A DNA stretch of 64,000 nucleotides, from the NCBI GenBank assembly GCA_963663865.1, contig OY760686.1:2176001-2240000 (forward strand), read 5' to 3'. Below, in pieces: positions 9,245-19,608 of this stretch. A model generated the notes under the pieces. It saw only the letters and a list, made by a program, of their open reading frames with translations, ran no database searches and was not told the DNA's origin. The first letter of the stretch is position 1, and the number at the start of each line of letters is the position of its first letter. The position numbers and the translations under genes are program-made. The DNA comes from Spirochaetota bacterium (GTDB lineage: Bacteria; Spirochaetota; UBA4802; UBA5550).

Positions 9245-10813
9245 ATGAACTCACTCAGAACAGAAGTCATAATCAACTGGATTCGACTGATATTCTCCTT
9301 TTTTTTCCTCGCCTCAGGGCTCTCCGCGTGGAAGACGGGTTCATCAGAATCCGTATATACCTACATTATTACGGGAAGCTTTATCCACTTCACGATAGTA
9401 TTTGTAAACGCCGTCGCCATCAAAATCAAGAAGATGCCCTCATGGCTGATCTATGCTTCAGTTACAGCGGAGCTGCTCAACCTTACGACGGTGAAATACG
9501 GATTTCACTTTGACCCTCATAACTCATGGGGCCTTTCAATTCGCGAAGAATCCACATTTATTCTCTACATCATTTTCGGTGTTATTCACGCGATGCGGTT
9601 TAACAGGAAGCTAAACGTCTACGCCGGAAGCGTGTCTGTGGCATGCTATGTTTTTCTCATGTACTGCGGCATCAGCAGCGGATTCATGCAATTCGTAAGG
9701 GAATCGTCGCTCATATTCAATGCGTCTTCTCTCAGAGTTCCAACAGAGCTGGCCAAGATCCTGTTCATGATAGGAAGCACAACATTCCTGAGCATCATGG
9801 CCCGTTTCACGACAGGCTACATCCGCCAGATAGAAAATTCCAAAGAGATCACAGCGCGTAATCTTGATGCCACAAACCGCCTCATTGACGATGTAAAACG
9901 AGTAACATCACAGCTCAGCAGCGCCGCTGAAGAGATATCCGCGACAACTATGTCCCTTGCCCGCAACGCTCAAACTCAGAGCCAGATGGAGCAGAGCATA
10001 TCCGAATCAAGCTCCGATAACGTTAAAAGCATTAATGAAATCGCGGAAAGCTCAGAGCTCCAGACACTGGCATTCACCGGCCTCTCCGACAGGGTTAGGG
10101 AGCTGTCCAGATCTATTGCCGAGCTCGGGAAGGAGGCATCATCAGCTGCCGCCCAGACGACGCTTCTGACAGAGAGGGTGACCTCGGGCCAGAACGCCAT
10201 TGCCTCGACCGAAAACAGCATGACCGCCATTGAAAACAGCTCGGAAGAGATGACGAATATCATGGAACTTATAAATGACATTTCGGATCAGATAAATCTT
10301 CTCTCGCTGAATGCCGCCATCGAATCAGCAAGAGCTGGTGAGGCCGGAAGGGGATTCGCCGTGGTTGCCGATGAGATTTCAAAGCTTGCCGATAAAACGG
10401 CAAGCAGTATTAAGGAAATCGAAGCCCTCTTAGCCAAAAACCGCACAGAGATAAAAAGCGGCCGCGAAAACGTATCCTATCTGAGCGGAATAATCAGAAT
10501 GATCATACAGGATATATCATCCGTGACCGGACTGCTATCGAAGTTTTCAGGCTATGTTAAAGTGCAAAGCGAGCAGAACGAAAAGGTCAACAGGGAATCA
10601 GAAAATATGGGAACGGTATCCATACGAATCGAAAAATCCCTCGAATCTCACAGAGAGGCGGTTAAAAAAATATCTGAAGCCATTGAGCAGATAGGAATCG
10701 TGGGCAGCGAGAACACAAGCGCAGCCGAAGAGATGGCGGCAAACGCGGAAGACCTCGCCGGCATGGCAGACAGGCTCAAAAGGCTCGTCGACGAGTTCCA
10801 ATTCGCGAAATAA
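9245..10813 (+). CDS. Methyl-accepting chemotaxis protein with multi-TM N-terminal sensor
   Basis: Several hydrophobic helices followed by [32 protein letters not shown]. Start moved from TTG 9155 to ATG 9245 behind GGAAGG. Confidence 0.93.
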   Translation: MNSLRTEVIINWIRLIFSFFFLASGLSAWKTGSSESVYTYIITGSFIHFTIVFVNAVAIKIKKMPSWLIYASVTAELLNLTTVKYGFHFDPHNSWGLSIREESTFILYIIFGVIHAMRFNRKLNVYAGSVSVACYVFLMYCGISSGFMQFVRESSLIFNASSLRVPTELAKILFMIGSTTFLSIMARFTTGYIRQIENSKEITARNLDATNRLIDDVKRVTSQLSSAAEEISATTMSLARNAQTQSQMEQSISESSSDNVKSINEIAESSELQTLAFTGLSDRVRELSRSIAELGKEASSAAAQTTLLTERVTSGQNAIASTENSMTAIENSSEEMTNIMELINDISDQINLLSLNAAIESARAGEAGRGFAVVADEISKLADKTASSIKEIEALLAKNRTEIKSGRENVSYLSGIIRMIIQDISSVTGLLSKFSGYVKVQSEQNEKVNRESENMGTVSIRIEKSLESHREAVKKISEAIEQIGIVGSENTSAAEEMAANAEDLAGMADRLKRLVDEFQFAK

Positions 10814-10852
10814 TTACACCAGCTTTTCGGAGATGGGACTCGCTCAATGCAC

Positions 10853-12373
10853 TTAGAATTTTCTCCTCATCGCCCTGAGCATGAGCATCAGCCCTTTCAG
10901 CCTGGCCGGCACTGACCGGCCGAACAGAAAGTCAAGCGCTCCCTTAAGCCCTTCGTAGACCACACGGCCGCCCGGATACCACCAGAAGTTCATCCGTCCG
11001 GCAGCCCTGACGTCCTCCACGACAACTCTGGTTCGTGTCACCTCCATGAACCCTTCTTTCCCATGAGTCCTCCCTGAACCGGAATGCTTTATCCCTCCCC
11101 ACGGCACCGAGGGAATTCCATGACTCATGAGATGGTCATTAACGGTGACTGTACCGCTGTTAAGCTTTCGTGATATTCGCTGTGCCGTCCTTCGCTCTGA
11201 AGTCCAAACGGACGCTGTCAGCCCGAGCAGCGACCTGTTTGCCATCTCAACGGCCTCCTCTTCTTTCTCATACGGGACAACCGCAATGACCGGGCCGAAT
11301 ATCTCCTCGTTCATTACCCGCATACTGCTGCCAACATTGATCAAAACACGGCATGGAACAGCAAGCTCTGTCCCACCTGAAGCTGACTCCGCGTAAACTG
11401 AGGCGCCCTTCGAAAGCGCGTCATCGAGAATGCCCTTTATGGAATCTGCCTGTTTCGTCGACGCAACAGGCCCAATATCGCATGCCGCCCCACTGCCCGC
11501 GCAAATGGTATCAGTCCTGCGCTTCAACGCTTCCAGGAATTCTCTGTATATTTCACTGTGGACATAGACCCTCTCAACCGCTCCGCATGACTGACCGGCA
11601 TTGTGAAACCCGGCCCATACAGCTCCCGCGGCAGCCGTCTCAATATCGGCATCGGAGCAAACTATCATCGGGTCATTGCCTCCGAGTTCAAGAGAAAGGG
11701 GAGTAAGCGTCTCAGCGGCCTTTCGCGACAGATATTTTCCAGCCTCAACCGAGCCTGTAAACAGAAGCTTGTCCACACCTCCATCCAGAAAGGCATCTCC
11801 CGCCTCAGGACCCGGCATGTTTACATAATTGAACAGACCCGTTGGAAGTGAAGCTGATTCAATCGTCTCTTTCAGTATATTACCCGTTATCTGAGTTGCC
11901 GACGCGGTTTTTAATATGACAGCGTTACCGGCCAGAAGAGCGGTCAAGACTTCGGAAAAAGGTATCGAGAAGGGATAGTTCCAGGGTGAGATAATCCCTA
12001 TTACACCATAGGGCTCCCGGAATATGTGTGTCCTTTTATTATAGAAAAGGATTGTTCCCGTCCCGGGGCTTTCAGGCTTTAAAAATCGCGGCGCCATTTT
12101 GCAATAGTACCCTGCCGCGGCGACAGCCGGAACCAGCTCAGCAGCGAGCGCGTCAAGTGCTGTTTTACCGCAGTCACGCGAAATCCCCTCCGCGATCCGG
12201 TCAATATTCTCAAGCAGGAAGGCTTTGACACCGTTAAGGATCCGGCAGCGCTCCTTTACGCTGATTGAGGACCACTCTCTCTGAGCGGAGCGGGCCCGCT
12301 CAACTATTGCTTTCACCTCTGCGGCGCCGGTCCTGCTCAGCGTTGCGGTATTATTGTCAGGACTCTCTTCCAT
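10853..12373 (-). CDS. Aldehyde dehydrogenase family protein
   Basis: ISPWNYP, FTGS, LELGGND, NAGQSC (catalytic Cys), EEIFGP and GGIKHSG motifs. Confidence 0.95.
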   Translation of the reverse strand: MEESPDNNTATLSRTGAAEVKAIVERARSAQREWSSISVKERCRILNGVKAFLLENIDRIAEGISRDCGKTALDALAAELVPAVAAAGYYCKMAPRFLKPESPGTGTILFYNKRTHIFREPYGVIGIISPWNYPFSIPFSEVLTALLAGNAVILKTASATQITGNILKETIESASLPTGLFNYVNMPGPEAGDAFLDGGVDKLLFTGSVEAGKYLSRKAAETLTPLSLELGGNDPMIVCSDADIETAAAGAVWAGFHNAGQSCGAVERVYVHSEIYREFLEALKRRTDTICAGSGAACDIGPVASTKQADSIKGILDDALSKGASVYAESASGGTELAVPCRVLINVGSSMRVMNEEIFGPVIAVVPYEKEEEAVEMANRSLLGLTASVWTSERRTAQRISRKLNSGTVTVNDHLMSHGIPSVPWGGIKHSGSGRTHGKEGFMEVTRTRVVVEDVRAAGRMNFWWYPGGRVVYEGLKGALDFLFGRSVPARLKGLMLMLRAMRRKF

Positions 12374-12438
12374 TGTCTCCTTTCCTCCGGCTGTATTAAA
12401 ACTCGTTTAGCGTATGCTTCTCCTTAAACCGTCCCAAA

Positions 12439-14418
12439 CTACAACTTAACACTCTTTTCCTTATTCAAAATCACTTCTTCAATCACCGGTCCAAGCTCAT
12501 CGATTTTTATCGGTTTGGAGATATAGTGATCCATACCGACTGCCATAGACTTTTCTCTTATACTGTCGATAACATGGGCTGTCATCGCAATTATTGGAAT
12601 ATCACGGTTTCTTTTACCGGCCTCCCCGCGCCTTATCAGCTCAGTTGCCTCGATTCCGTCCATTTCGGGCATCTCTATATCCATTAAAATCACATTAAAT
12701 TTTTTTGACTGCAGCTCCTTCAGAGCTTCTCTGCCGTTCTCTACGAGTGAATGGGTGTGGCCCAGCTTCTTCAGCACCATTGATGTCAGCTTCTGATTGA
12801 CGGGGTTGTCCTCGGCCACCAGAACATTCAGAGACCTGACGCTTTCCTGAAGCGCCATTGACGTGTGACCATTCTCCATTATCTCCCTGCCCGGCTGCAG
12901 CGGAATCTCGCATGAAAAAACGCTGCCCCTGCCCGGTTCAGATTCCACGTGAATACGCCCATTCATAAGCTCCACAAGCTGCCTGGAAATTGCAAGCCCG
13001 AGCCCTGTCCCGCCGTACTTTCTCGCGGTGCTCTGCTCGGCCTGCGTAAAGCTTTCGAAAATTGATGCAAGCCTCTCTTGCTTAATTCCGATACCGGTAT
13101 CACTGACGGTAAATCTCAGATTATTTATCCCTTTACCGCCGGACAAAGTTCCTTCTGTTGAACTGACTTCCTCAACCGCCAGGTTGACTCCACCCTTTTC
13201 TGTAAATTTGACCGCGTTCCCCACAATGTTCAGCAATATCTGCCTCAGCCTTGACGGATCCCCTCTGAAGTAATTCCCAACGCCGTCGGATATAATTACA
13301 GAAAAATCCAAATGTTTCTCAGCAGCCTTTACTTTCATGGGCTTGACTATGCTGCTCACCAGTTTTCTCAGGTCGAAATCTATTTTTTCGAGAATCATCC
13401 CCCCGGCTTCAGCGCGTGAAAAATCCAGAATATCGTTGATTATTGACAATAGATGCTGTGAGGATTCCCTCACTGTATTCAGGTAGTCTATTCTTTCGTC
13501 CTCATCAGCGGTCAGGAGAGCCAGGTTGGTCATCCCGACTATCGCGTTCATTGGTGTCCTTATTTCATGGCTCATACTTGCGAGAAACTGGGACTTGGCA
13601 ATAGTAGCAAGTTCCGCCTTTTCCTTTGCGGCTATCAGGTTATCATGCTGCTCTTTGATGAGCTTTTCCGCGTTTTTCCTCTCGGAAATATCTGTAATAA
13701 AAACAATATTCTCTCTCCTGCTGCTGCCATTGAGCCTTTCAATAGAAAAACCAGCTTCAAAAGGGCCGGCATCCTTTCTGACCAGGACGGTTTCAAACTG
13801 GATCGAAGAAACCTCTGAATTAAGATACTCTCTGACTGCCCGGAGAAACGCCGGCCTGGCCTCATCAGAGACAAAGTCCTTTATCGGATCTCCGTAAAGC
13901 TCCTCCTCTCTGCAGTTAAGCATTCGGCACAGGCTCTGATTAACGAAAGATAACTCTGTTCCATCGAGAATAGCGATTCCTTCGCTTGTTCTCTGTATCA
14001 GATTGTGATATCTGGTTTCTGTTTCAATTATCTCAGCCTGCATAACCTCGCTTTCAGTGATATTGTAAAAATACACAGCTGCGTACCGCTGTCCCGAGAT
14101 TTCCCACGGCGCTGCATAAAATGAGAAGACAGCCGGATACGAAGAAGAATCCTTTCCGGCAGAACGAATAAAGTTTACCGTCTTACCGCTTATCAGGACA
14201 TTGTCCACATATTCCGAGAAGCCGGTATTCCTGAAGACAGCAATATCATCATATCTTGACGCGCGCAACTCCAGGGGGCTCTGTCCAAGAATATCGGGGA
14301 CTCTATCATTGAACGCTGCAACGCTCCCGTCCTCACTCAAAACGATTATACCGCCGGGATATGTTCCCATTATTAGTCCGCCAATACCCGCGGCGTCTAT
14401 CGTGCTCTTTTTTTTCAT
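12439..14418 (-). CDS. Cytoplasmic hybrid sensor kinase (PAS-PAS-HisKA-HATPase-REC)
   Basis: MSHEIRTPMN H-box, NAVKFT, DTGIG and GGTGLGL boxes, and a C-terminal REC domain (AEDN, MDIEMP, KP). Confidence 0.95.
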   Translation of the reverse strand: MKKKSTIDAAGIGGLIMGTYPGGIIVLSEDGSVAAFNDRVPDILGQSPLELRASRYDDIAVFRNTGFSEYVDNVLISGKTVNFIRSAGKDSSSYPAVFSFYAAPWEISGQRYAAVYFYNITESEVMQAEIIETETRYHNLIQRTSEGIAILDGTELSFVNQSLCRMLNCREEELYGDPIKDFVSDEARPAFLRAVREYLNSEVSSIQFETVLVRKDAGPFEAGFSIERLNGSSRRENIVFITDISERKNAEKLIKEQHDNLIAAKEKAELATIAKSQFLASMSHEIRTPMNAIVGMTNLALLTADEDERIDYLNTVRESSQHLLSIINDILDFSRAEAGGMILEKIDFDLRKLVSSIVKPMKVKAAEKHLDFSVIISDGVGNYFRGDPSRLRQILLNIVGNAVKFTEKGGVNLAVEEVSSTEGTLSGGKGINNLRFTVSDTGIGIKQERLASIFESFTQAEQSTARKYGGTGLGLAISRQLVELMNGRIHVESEPGRGSVFSCEIPLQPGREIMENGHTSMALQESVRSLNVLVAEDNPVNQKLTSMVLKKLGHTHSLVENGREALKELQSKKFNVILMDIEMPEMDGIEATELIRRGEAGKRNRDIPIIAMTAHVIDSIREKSMAVGMDHYISKPIKIDELGPVIEEVILNKEKSVKL

Positions 14419-14588
14419 GCCTGGTACCTGATGTTTTCAGTTTCACTATGATTGAATTGCAAAGACCGCCACAATAATACATCATTTAATGAATATTGCA
14501 ATCAAATGTTTGAGGTGGAATACATATAACCGAATGAAAACCCGGCTATGTTTTTTGGAGGGTGGATAAAGCCTTTCTTAAAAATGAC

Positions 14589-14616
14589 AGAAGGCCGGCT
14601 ATTAAACCGGCCTTCT
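14589..14616 (-). terminator. Hairpin terminator downstream of the tRNA-Leu/tRNA-Gly pair
   Basis: AGAAGGCCGG...CCGGCCTTCT inverted repeat directly 3' of tRNA-Gly, followed by GTCATTTTT on the minus strand. Confidence 0.7.
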
Positions 14617-14619
14617 ATG

Positions 14620-14691
<72 letters not shown>

Positions 14692-14697
14692 GTAATA

Positions 14698-14779
14698 TGC
14701 GAGCGAAGGGAATCGAACCCCCACGCCTTGCGGCACTAGATCCTAAGTCTAGCGTGTCTGCCAGTTCCACCACGCTCGC
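14698..14779 (-). tRNA. tRNA-Leu (TAG)
   Basis: Reverse complement GCGAGCGTGGTGGAACTGGCAGACACGCTAGACTTAGGATCTAG...GGTTCGATTCCCTTCGCTCGCA, with a long variable arm. Confidence 0.97.
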
Positions 14780-15066
14780 CCTTCGCTACGATGATTAACC
14801 AGTAATTTTTACACCATTATTTTGCAAGCATTTTTTGAAAACCCGAAAAGCATAATGACTGAATTTTCATCAAAAAAGAACTTATATACAAATTCAATAA
14901 TTATTCTCTATATCAAGCTTAGCATGATTGATTTTAATCCAATTGCTGCGGAATTATTACTGACAAATCAGGACAACGTCTTAATCAGGTTACTTGCGGT
15001 AATGAGGCCAGGCAAAAGCAAGCACACAAAAAAAGCTCCATCCGGCAACCCTGAAGAGGCGATTTG

Positions 15067-15798
15067 ATGAAATTCAGCATTCTTTACGAAGACAACCACA
15101 TTATAGCCGTGGATAAACCCGCGGGTATGCTGGTGCAGCAGGACTATTCAGGAAGCGATTCTCTGCTTGACCATGTTAAGCAGTACATTAAGGAGAGCCG
15201 CGGCAAACCCGGAAACGTCTACCTGGGCCTCGTCCACAGACTTGACCGGCCCGTCTCGGGGGCTGTTGTCCTGGCAAAGACATCAAAGGCCGCTTCAAGG
15301 CTGTCTGAGGCTTTCAAAAGCAGAAATGTCGAAAAGCTCTACACAGCACTCGTCCACTCCGGCGATAAAGCCCCGGGAAAGGGCTGGACAACCCTCGAGA
15401 GTGAGCTTACCAGGGTGAGGGGAAAATCAAGGGAATCCCGCTCAGGCGACTACGGGATAAAACCTTCAAAGCTTGAATACTCTCAAATCTGCTCGAGCCG
15501 TTGCTACTCCCTTTTGCTGATAAGGCTGCATACAGGCAGAAAGCACCAGATCAGAGCACAGATGTCAGCGGCAGGAATGCCTGTCGTCGGCGACAGAGAA
15601 TACGGTTCAACAGAGACGGTAAGCGGCGGAATCTGTCTTCACTCGTGTCTGATAAGCTTTAAACATCCTGTCAGAGATGATGTAATTACTGTCAAATCGT
15701 CAGCTCCATCAAGAATTACAGAATTAATAAAGATGCCGGCTGAAGATATACAAAAAATCATTGACGCGCAGCACTCTGAGACGATAAGCTGCACTTAA
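15067..15798 (+). CDS. RluA-family RNA pseudouridine synthase
   Basis: YEDNHIIAVDKPAG, VHRLDRPVSG (catalytic Asp), TGRKHQIR and GDREYG motifs. Confidence 0.94.
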   Translation: MKFSILYEDNHIIAVDKPAGMLVQQDYSGSDSLLDHVKQYIKESRGKPGNVYLGLVHRLDRPVSGAVVLAKTSKAASRLSEAFKSRNVEKLYTALVHSGDKAPGKGWTTLESELTRVRGKSRESRSGDYGIKPSKLEYSQICSSRCYSLLLIRLHTGRKHQIRAQMSAAGMPVVGDREYGSTETVSGGICLHSCLISFKHPVRDDVITVKSSAPSRITELIKMPAEDIQKIIDAQHSETISCT

Positions 15799-15817
15799 TT
15801 CCACTCTGGTGTGTTTA

Positions 15818-16339
15818 ATGCTAAAGATTATACGACATAAAATATTGGCTGTTGCGTTTCTGTCAGCCGTGCTGCTGTCTTCAGCCCCTGCCTCAGCCTA
15901 TGTTTTCAACTCTTCATACAGCGGCTCAATAACCATACAGCTTGACTCGGGCATTGATTCCGAAGACCACGGAACCCTGTACAGAGGGCTAAGCGGAGCT
16001 TTTACAACATTTTCGCAGCTCAGTACCAGTATGAGTATTTTTACGACCAGCGTTCTTTACTTTACCGGATATTCCCCGGAGCAGGCTTCCGGAGAACTCG
16101 GGCCGATATCCCTCAGACAAAATCAGTCCTATGAACACAGAAGCAGCACCGGAGAACTTTTCATGTTCATGGGAGTTCTCGGCTCGTCGCTGGCCGGCTA
16201 CCGTTTCGGCTTTTCAAATGATCTTCTCGCCGTATTGCCTGTAGTTCCAAGCTGGGATTCAGCTTCATCAGTGCCCGGCAAATACGACGTCTACGAATTC
16301 GACTACGGCCTCTTCGTCTACTTTTCTAAAGATTTCTGA
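15818..16339 (+). CDS. Exported hypothetical protein
   Basis: Signal peptide ending PASA; C-terminal aromatic tail YFSKDF. Confidence 0.65.
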   Translation: MLKIIRHKILAVAFLSAVLLSSAPASAYVFNSSYSGSITIQLDSGIDSEDHGTLYRGLSGAFTTFSQLSTSMSIFTTSVLYFTGYSPEQASGELGPISLRQNQSYEHRSSTGELFMFMGVLGSSLAGYRFGFSNDLLAVLPVVPSWDSASSVPGKYDVYEFDYGLFVYFSKDF

Positions 16340-16395
16340 CAGGATTCTCCGGTCAGCCTTGAGAAGCCCTTCAGTCATCAACAAAGGGGTTTGCG

Positions 16396-17562
16396 ATGTC
16401 AGACAGAATTGAAACATACAGAAACAGACCCACCAGAGCCCTTATATCGGTCGCAGCACTTGAGAACAACTTCCGTATTGTGCAGAAGTGCGTTGGACCT
16501 GAGAGAACAATAATGGCCATGGTGAAGGCAGACGCGTACGGCCACGGCATTCTTGAAATCTCAAGAATAATGCTCAACCTGGGAGCGGGTTACCTGGGCG
16601 TTGCGTACCTCGAAGAAGCTGTGTACCTGAGAAAAAACGGTATAGAAGCCCCGATTCTCGTCCTCGGCGCCATTAACACCGACCAGATTGATGATTTCCT
16701 CGAAAACGGCATTGAAATTACCGCCTCTTCAATCGATAAGTCCAGAGCAATATCAGAAGCGGCTGTCAGAAAAGGCGTTACAGCGAAAGTCCACCTTAAA
16801 ATAGACACAGGGATGGAGCGAATCGGAGTACACTGGTACAATGCTGAACGCTTTATAGCTGAAACACTTGATATGCCGGGAATCGACATCAGAGGGATTT
16901 TCTCACACCTGGCCAAAGCTGAATCAGATACGTCCTTTACAGCGGCTCAGCTGGACCGATTTGAAGAAACACTTGAGATATACGGGAAGCTCAGTCCGCT
17001 GCCTCCATACGTTCACATAGCTAATTCCGCGGCAGTGCTGAATTATCCGCGCTCATATTACACAATGGTCAGGCCAGGGATACTTCTCTACGGATACGAC
17101 CCGGCAGGCCTGCATCACGGCAGGCCCTGCGAGGGAATGGCGATTGAACCCGCTATGAGCCTGATAAGCAAGGTCTCCTACTTCAAGGTATGTCCGCCGG
17201 AGACAGGCATCAGCTACGGGCATACTTACAAAACACAGTCTCAGACACGGGTTGTGACGCTTCCAGTCGGATACGGCGACGGCTATTCCAGGCTGCTTTC
17301 AAATCAGGGCGAGACCATTATCCGCGGAAAGACCTGCCCTGTAGCAGGAACCATATGCATGGATCAGATGATGGTGGATATCGGCCCGGACGGGACAGGA
17401 TACAACGGGGATGACGCCCTTCTTTTCGGCAAATACGGTGAATCATACATCCCCCTCGAATCACTTTGTTCCAAAATCGGCACCATCCCATATGAGTTTC
17501 TCTGCGGGATAAGCGGAAGGGTGCCGAGAATATATATAAACCGCGGGCAAGAAAGTCTGTGA
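16396..17562 (+). CDS. alr: Alanine racemase
   Basis: AMVKADAYGHG PLP-lysine motif, HLKIDTGMERIG, SYG, GYGDG and ICMDQ. Confidence 0.97.
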   Translation: MSDRIETYRNRPTRALISVAALENNFRIVQKCVGPERTIMAMVKADAYGHGILEISRIMLNLGAGYLGVAYLEEAVYLRKNGIEAPILVLGAINTDQIDDFLENGIEITASSIDKSRAISEAAVRKGVTAKVHLKIDTGMERIGVHWYNAERFIAETLDMPGIDIRGIFSHLAKAESDTSFTAAQLDRFEETLEIYGKLSPLPPYVHIANSAAVLNYPRSYYTMVRPGILLYGYDPAGLHHGRPCEGMAIEPAMSLISKVSYFKVCPPETGISYGHTYKTQSQTRVVTLPVGYGDGYSRLLSNQGETIIRGKTCPVAGTICMDQMMVDIGPDGTGYNGDDALLFGKYGESYIPLESLCSKIGTIPYEFLCGISGRVPRIYINRGQESL

Positions 17563-17586
17563 CAATTACAAATACGAGCTCTTATA

Positions 17587-18471
17587 ATGAATGTAAACGA
17601 TAGCGATTTCGGTTCCCTGTTTGACGACAACGGCTCTCAGCAGGAAGACTTCCTTTCTGATTCAGATATCTCGCTCGACGATGCTCCCGACCTGGATTTC
17701 GGACTTGATGACTCTGAAATTAAGCTGACGGATACAGTCGAAGACGTTCTCGGGCAGACGGCTCCGGCAGCCCGAAAAAAGAGAACATCTGAGGATTTTT
17801 CACCCGATATGGACATGATACTCATCACGGCCCAATCCTCCATGATAATCGAAGGAACACGCATGATGAGCATTAAAAAATATGGGGCGTCAACCCTCGA
17901 AACCTACAGAGAAGCGATCAACGGCATTGAGCTTTACATCAAGCTCATTGAAAGAAATCCCGCGAGCTTTCACAAGCTGTTAAAACAATGCAGCGCGGAT
18001 ATCGATTGTCAGGAAGTCTCCAACATAGTGATAAATCTTTACAAAACAAGGTTCGGAGAAGAACCGGACTCGGATGAAAGAAAGCTCAAGGCATTTGAAA
18101 TTCTCAGAGACAGGCTGAAAAACGCCTACTACAAAGCGCTCATCAGCCGGACAATGTCTTCCATGAAAAAATACTTTCTGCTGTCGGGCGACCTCGACAC
18201 CGCAAAGGTCAGCAGGCTTATTGAAACTCAGAATCGCGAACTCGCCTCGGATGTTCTGACTGTCAGCGAGCATATCAAAATAGCCCTTGCGCTTCTAAAA
18301 AGCGGCAACGCCGAAATCATTCAGGGAATGAAGGGTAAGGATATGAACGTCTTCATCATCAAGGCAAGCAGCCTTCTCTCCCACTACTCAAGATTGACGG
18401 GGCAGTCCGAAGCGGCCGATTACTACATGCGAATGTACAGCACATACTCAAGGTACTTTATCATCAGGTAG
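17587..18471 (+). CDS. Hypothetical protein with very acidic N-terminus and helical body
   Basis: 294-aa ORF filling the gap between alr and hemW; no family recognised. Confidence 0.75.
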   Translation: MNVNDSDFGSLFDDNGSQQEDFLSDSDISLDDAPDLDFGLDDSEIKLTDTVEDVLGQTAPAARKKRTSEDFSPDMDMILITAQSSMIIEGTRMMSIKKYGASTLETYREAINGIELYIKLIERNPASFHKLLKQCSADIDCQEVSNIVINLYKTRFGEEPDSDERKLKAFEILRDRLKNAYYKALISRTMSSMKKYFLLSGDLDTAKVSRLIETQNRELASDVLTVSEHIKIALALLKSGNAEIIQGMKGKDMNVFIIKASSLLSHYSRLTGQSEAADYYMRMYSTYSRYFIIR

Positions 18472-18477
18472 GCCCGA

Positions 18478-19608
18478 CTACAGAAGGGGCTCTGTCAGCC
18501 TGAACACTATACTGTCGGTTAGAATGATTTTATCCGCGGGGATTCTGATATTGCCCGTCAAGGCAGCGACCTCCAGAAGGCCCTCATCCTCAAGCCGTTC
18601 CAGAATCTGAACCGATTCGGCAGGAAGCCCCCTGCCGAAAACCCTGGTAAACCGTTCAAGGCTGATTCCGGCTGCGAGCCTCAAACCCGTCATGAGGAAT
18701 TCAGCCATCGCTGATTTTTCACCTCTGGAATCAAGCTCAGGCTCCATGTAAGCTCCGCCCATATAAAGACCGGCATCAGGCGGATTGTGAGTGCGATACC
18801 CTCCGAAAAAGCTGTGAGCTGAAGGACCCAGCCCGATGTATGGGCTGAAATCCCAGTATTTCATGTTGTGCCTGGAGTAAAATCCCGGCAAAGAGAAGTT
18901 CGACACCTCATACTGCTCATATCCGGCTGAATGCAGCTGTGAACAGAGAACGCTGAACGACTCCGCCTGGTGCTTTTCAAAGGCATCGTCAGCAGCGATA
19001 CGCCCTGCGAGAGGCGTGCCGTGCTCAAGCGTCAGCATATAGGCGGAAACATGCGCTGGTCTGTAAGATATAAGGGTATTAAGTACATTTTCAAGCTCCT
19101 TCATCGACTGACCCGGAATTCCGTAAATCACATCAACGCAGTGAGAAAAGCCGCCGGCCGCAAAGAACATATCGAGCACTTCACAGGTACATAGCTTTGT
19201 TGAGCGCCCTATAACGCTGTGCGCGGCTGCATCAAGGGTCTGAACTCCCAAAACCATGCGGTTGATGCCCGCGCTGGCAAGAAATTCAAGCCTGGCCGGG
19301 CTTACATCCTCGGGATTGAGCTCAATCGAAATTTCAGCCTCATCATCTACGCCGAAGACCCCACGGGCGAGCTCCATTATCTCTTCAATTCCGTGGCCTG
19401 ACAGGAGCCCGGGGCTGCCGCCTCCCAGGTAGAGGGTGTCGCAGTTCGGGCCCCGGCTGCCGAAACGCGAAGCCGCTTCTCTCTTGAGCGAGGATATGAA
19501 TTCCTGTTCAGGTACGCCCTTCTCACCGCCGCAGGGCAAAGAATAGAAGGCACAGTACGCGCAGCTTGACCTGCAAAAAGGAAAGTGGACGTAGAGGCCG
19601 GGCTTCAC
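18478..19608 (-). CDS. hemW: Radical SAM heme chaperone HemW (HemN-like)
   Basis: YVHFPFCRSSCAYCAF, GGGSP, YEVSNF and the HemW-type HNMKYW motif. Confidence 0.9.
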   Translation of the reverse strand: MKPGLYVHFPFCRSSCAYCAFYSLPCGGEKGVPEQEFISSLKREAASRFGSRGPNCDTLYLGGGSPGLLSGHGIEEIMELARGVFGVDDEAEISIELNPEDVSPARLEFLASAGINRMVLGVQTLDAAAHSVIGRSTKLCTCEVLDMFFAAGGFSHCVDVIYGIPGQSMKELENVLNTLISYRPAHVSAYMLTLEHGTPLAGRIAADDAFEKHQAESFSVLCSQLHSAGYEQYEVSNFSLPGFYSRHNMKYWDFSPYIGLGPSAHSFFGGYRTHNPPDAGLYMGGAYMEPELDSRGEKSAMAEFLMTGLRLAAGISLERFTRVFGRGLPAESVQILERLEDEGLLEVAALTGNIRIPADKIILTDSIVFRLTEPLL

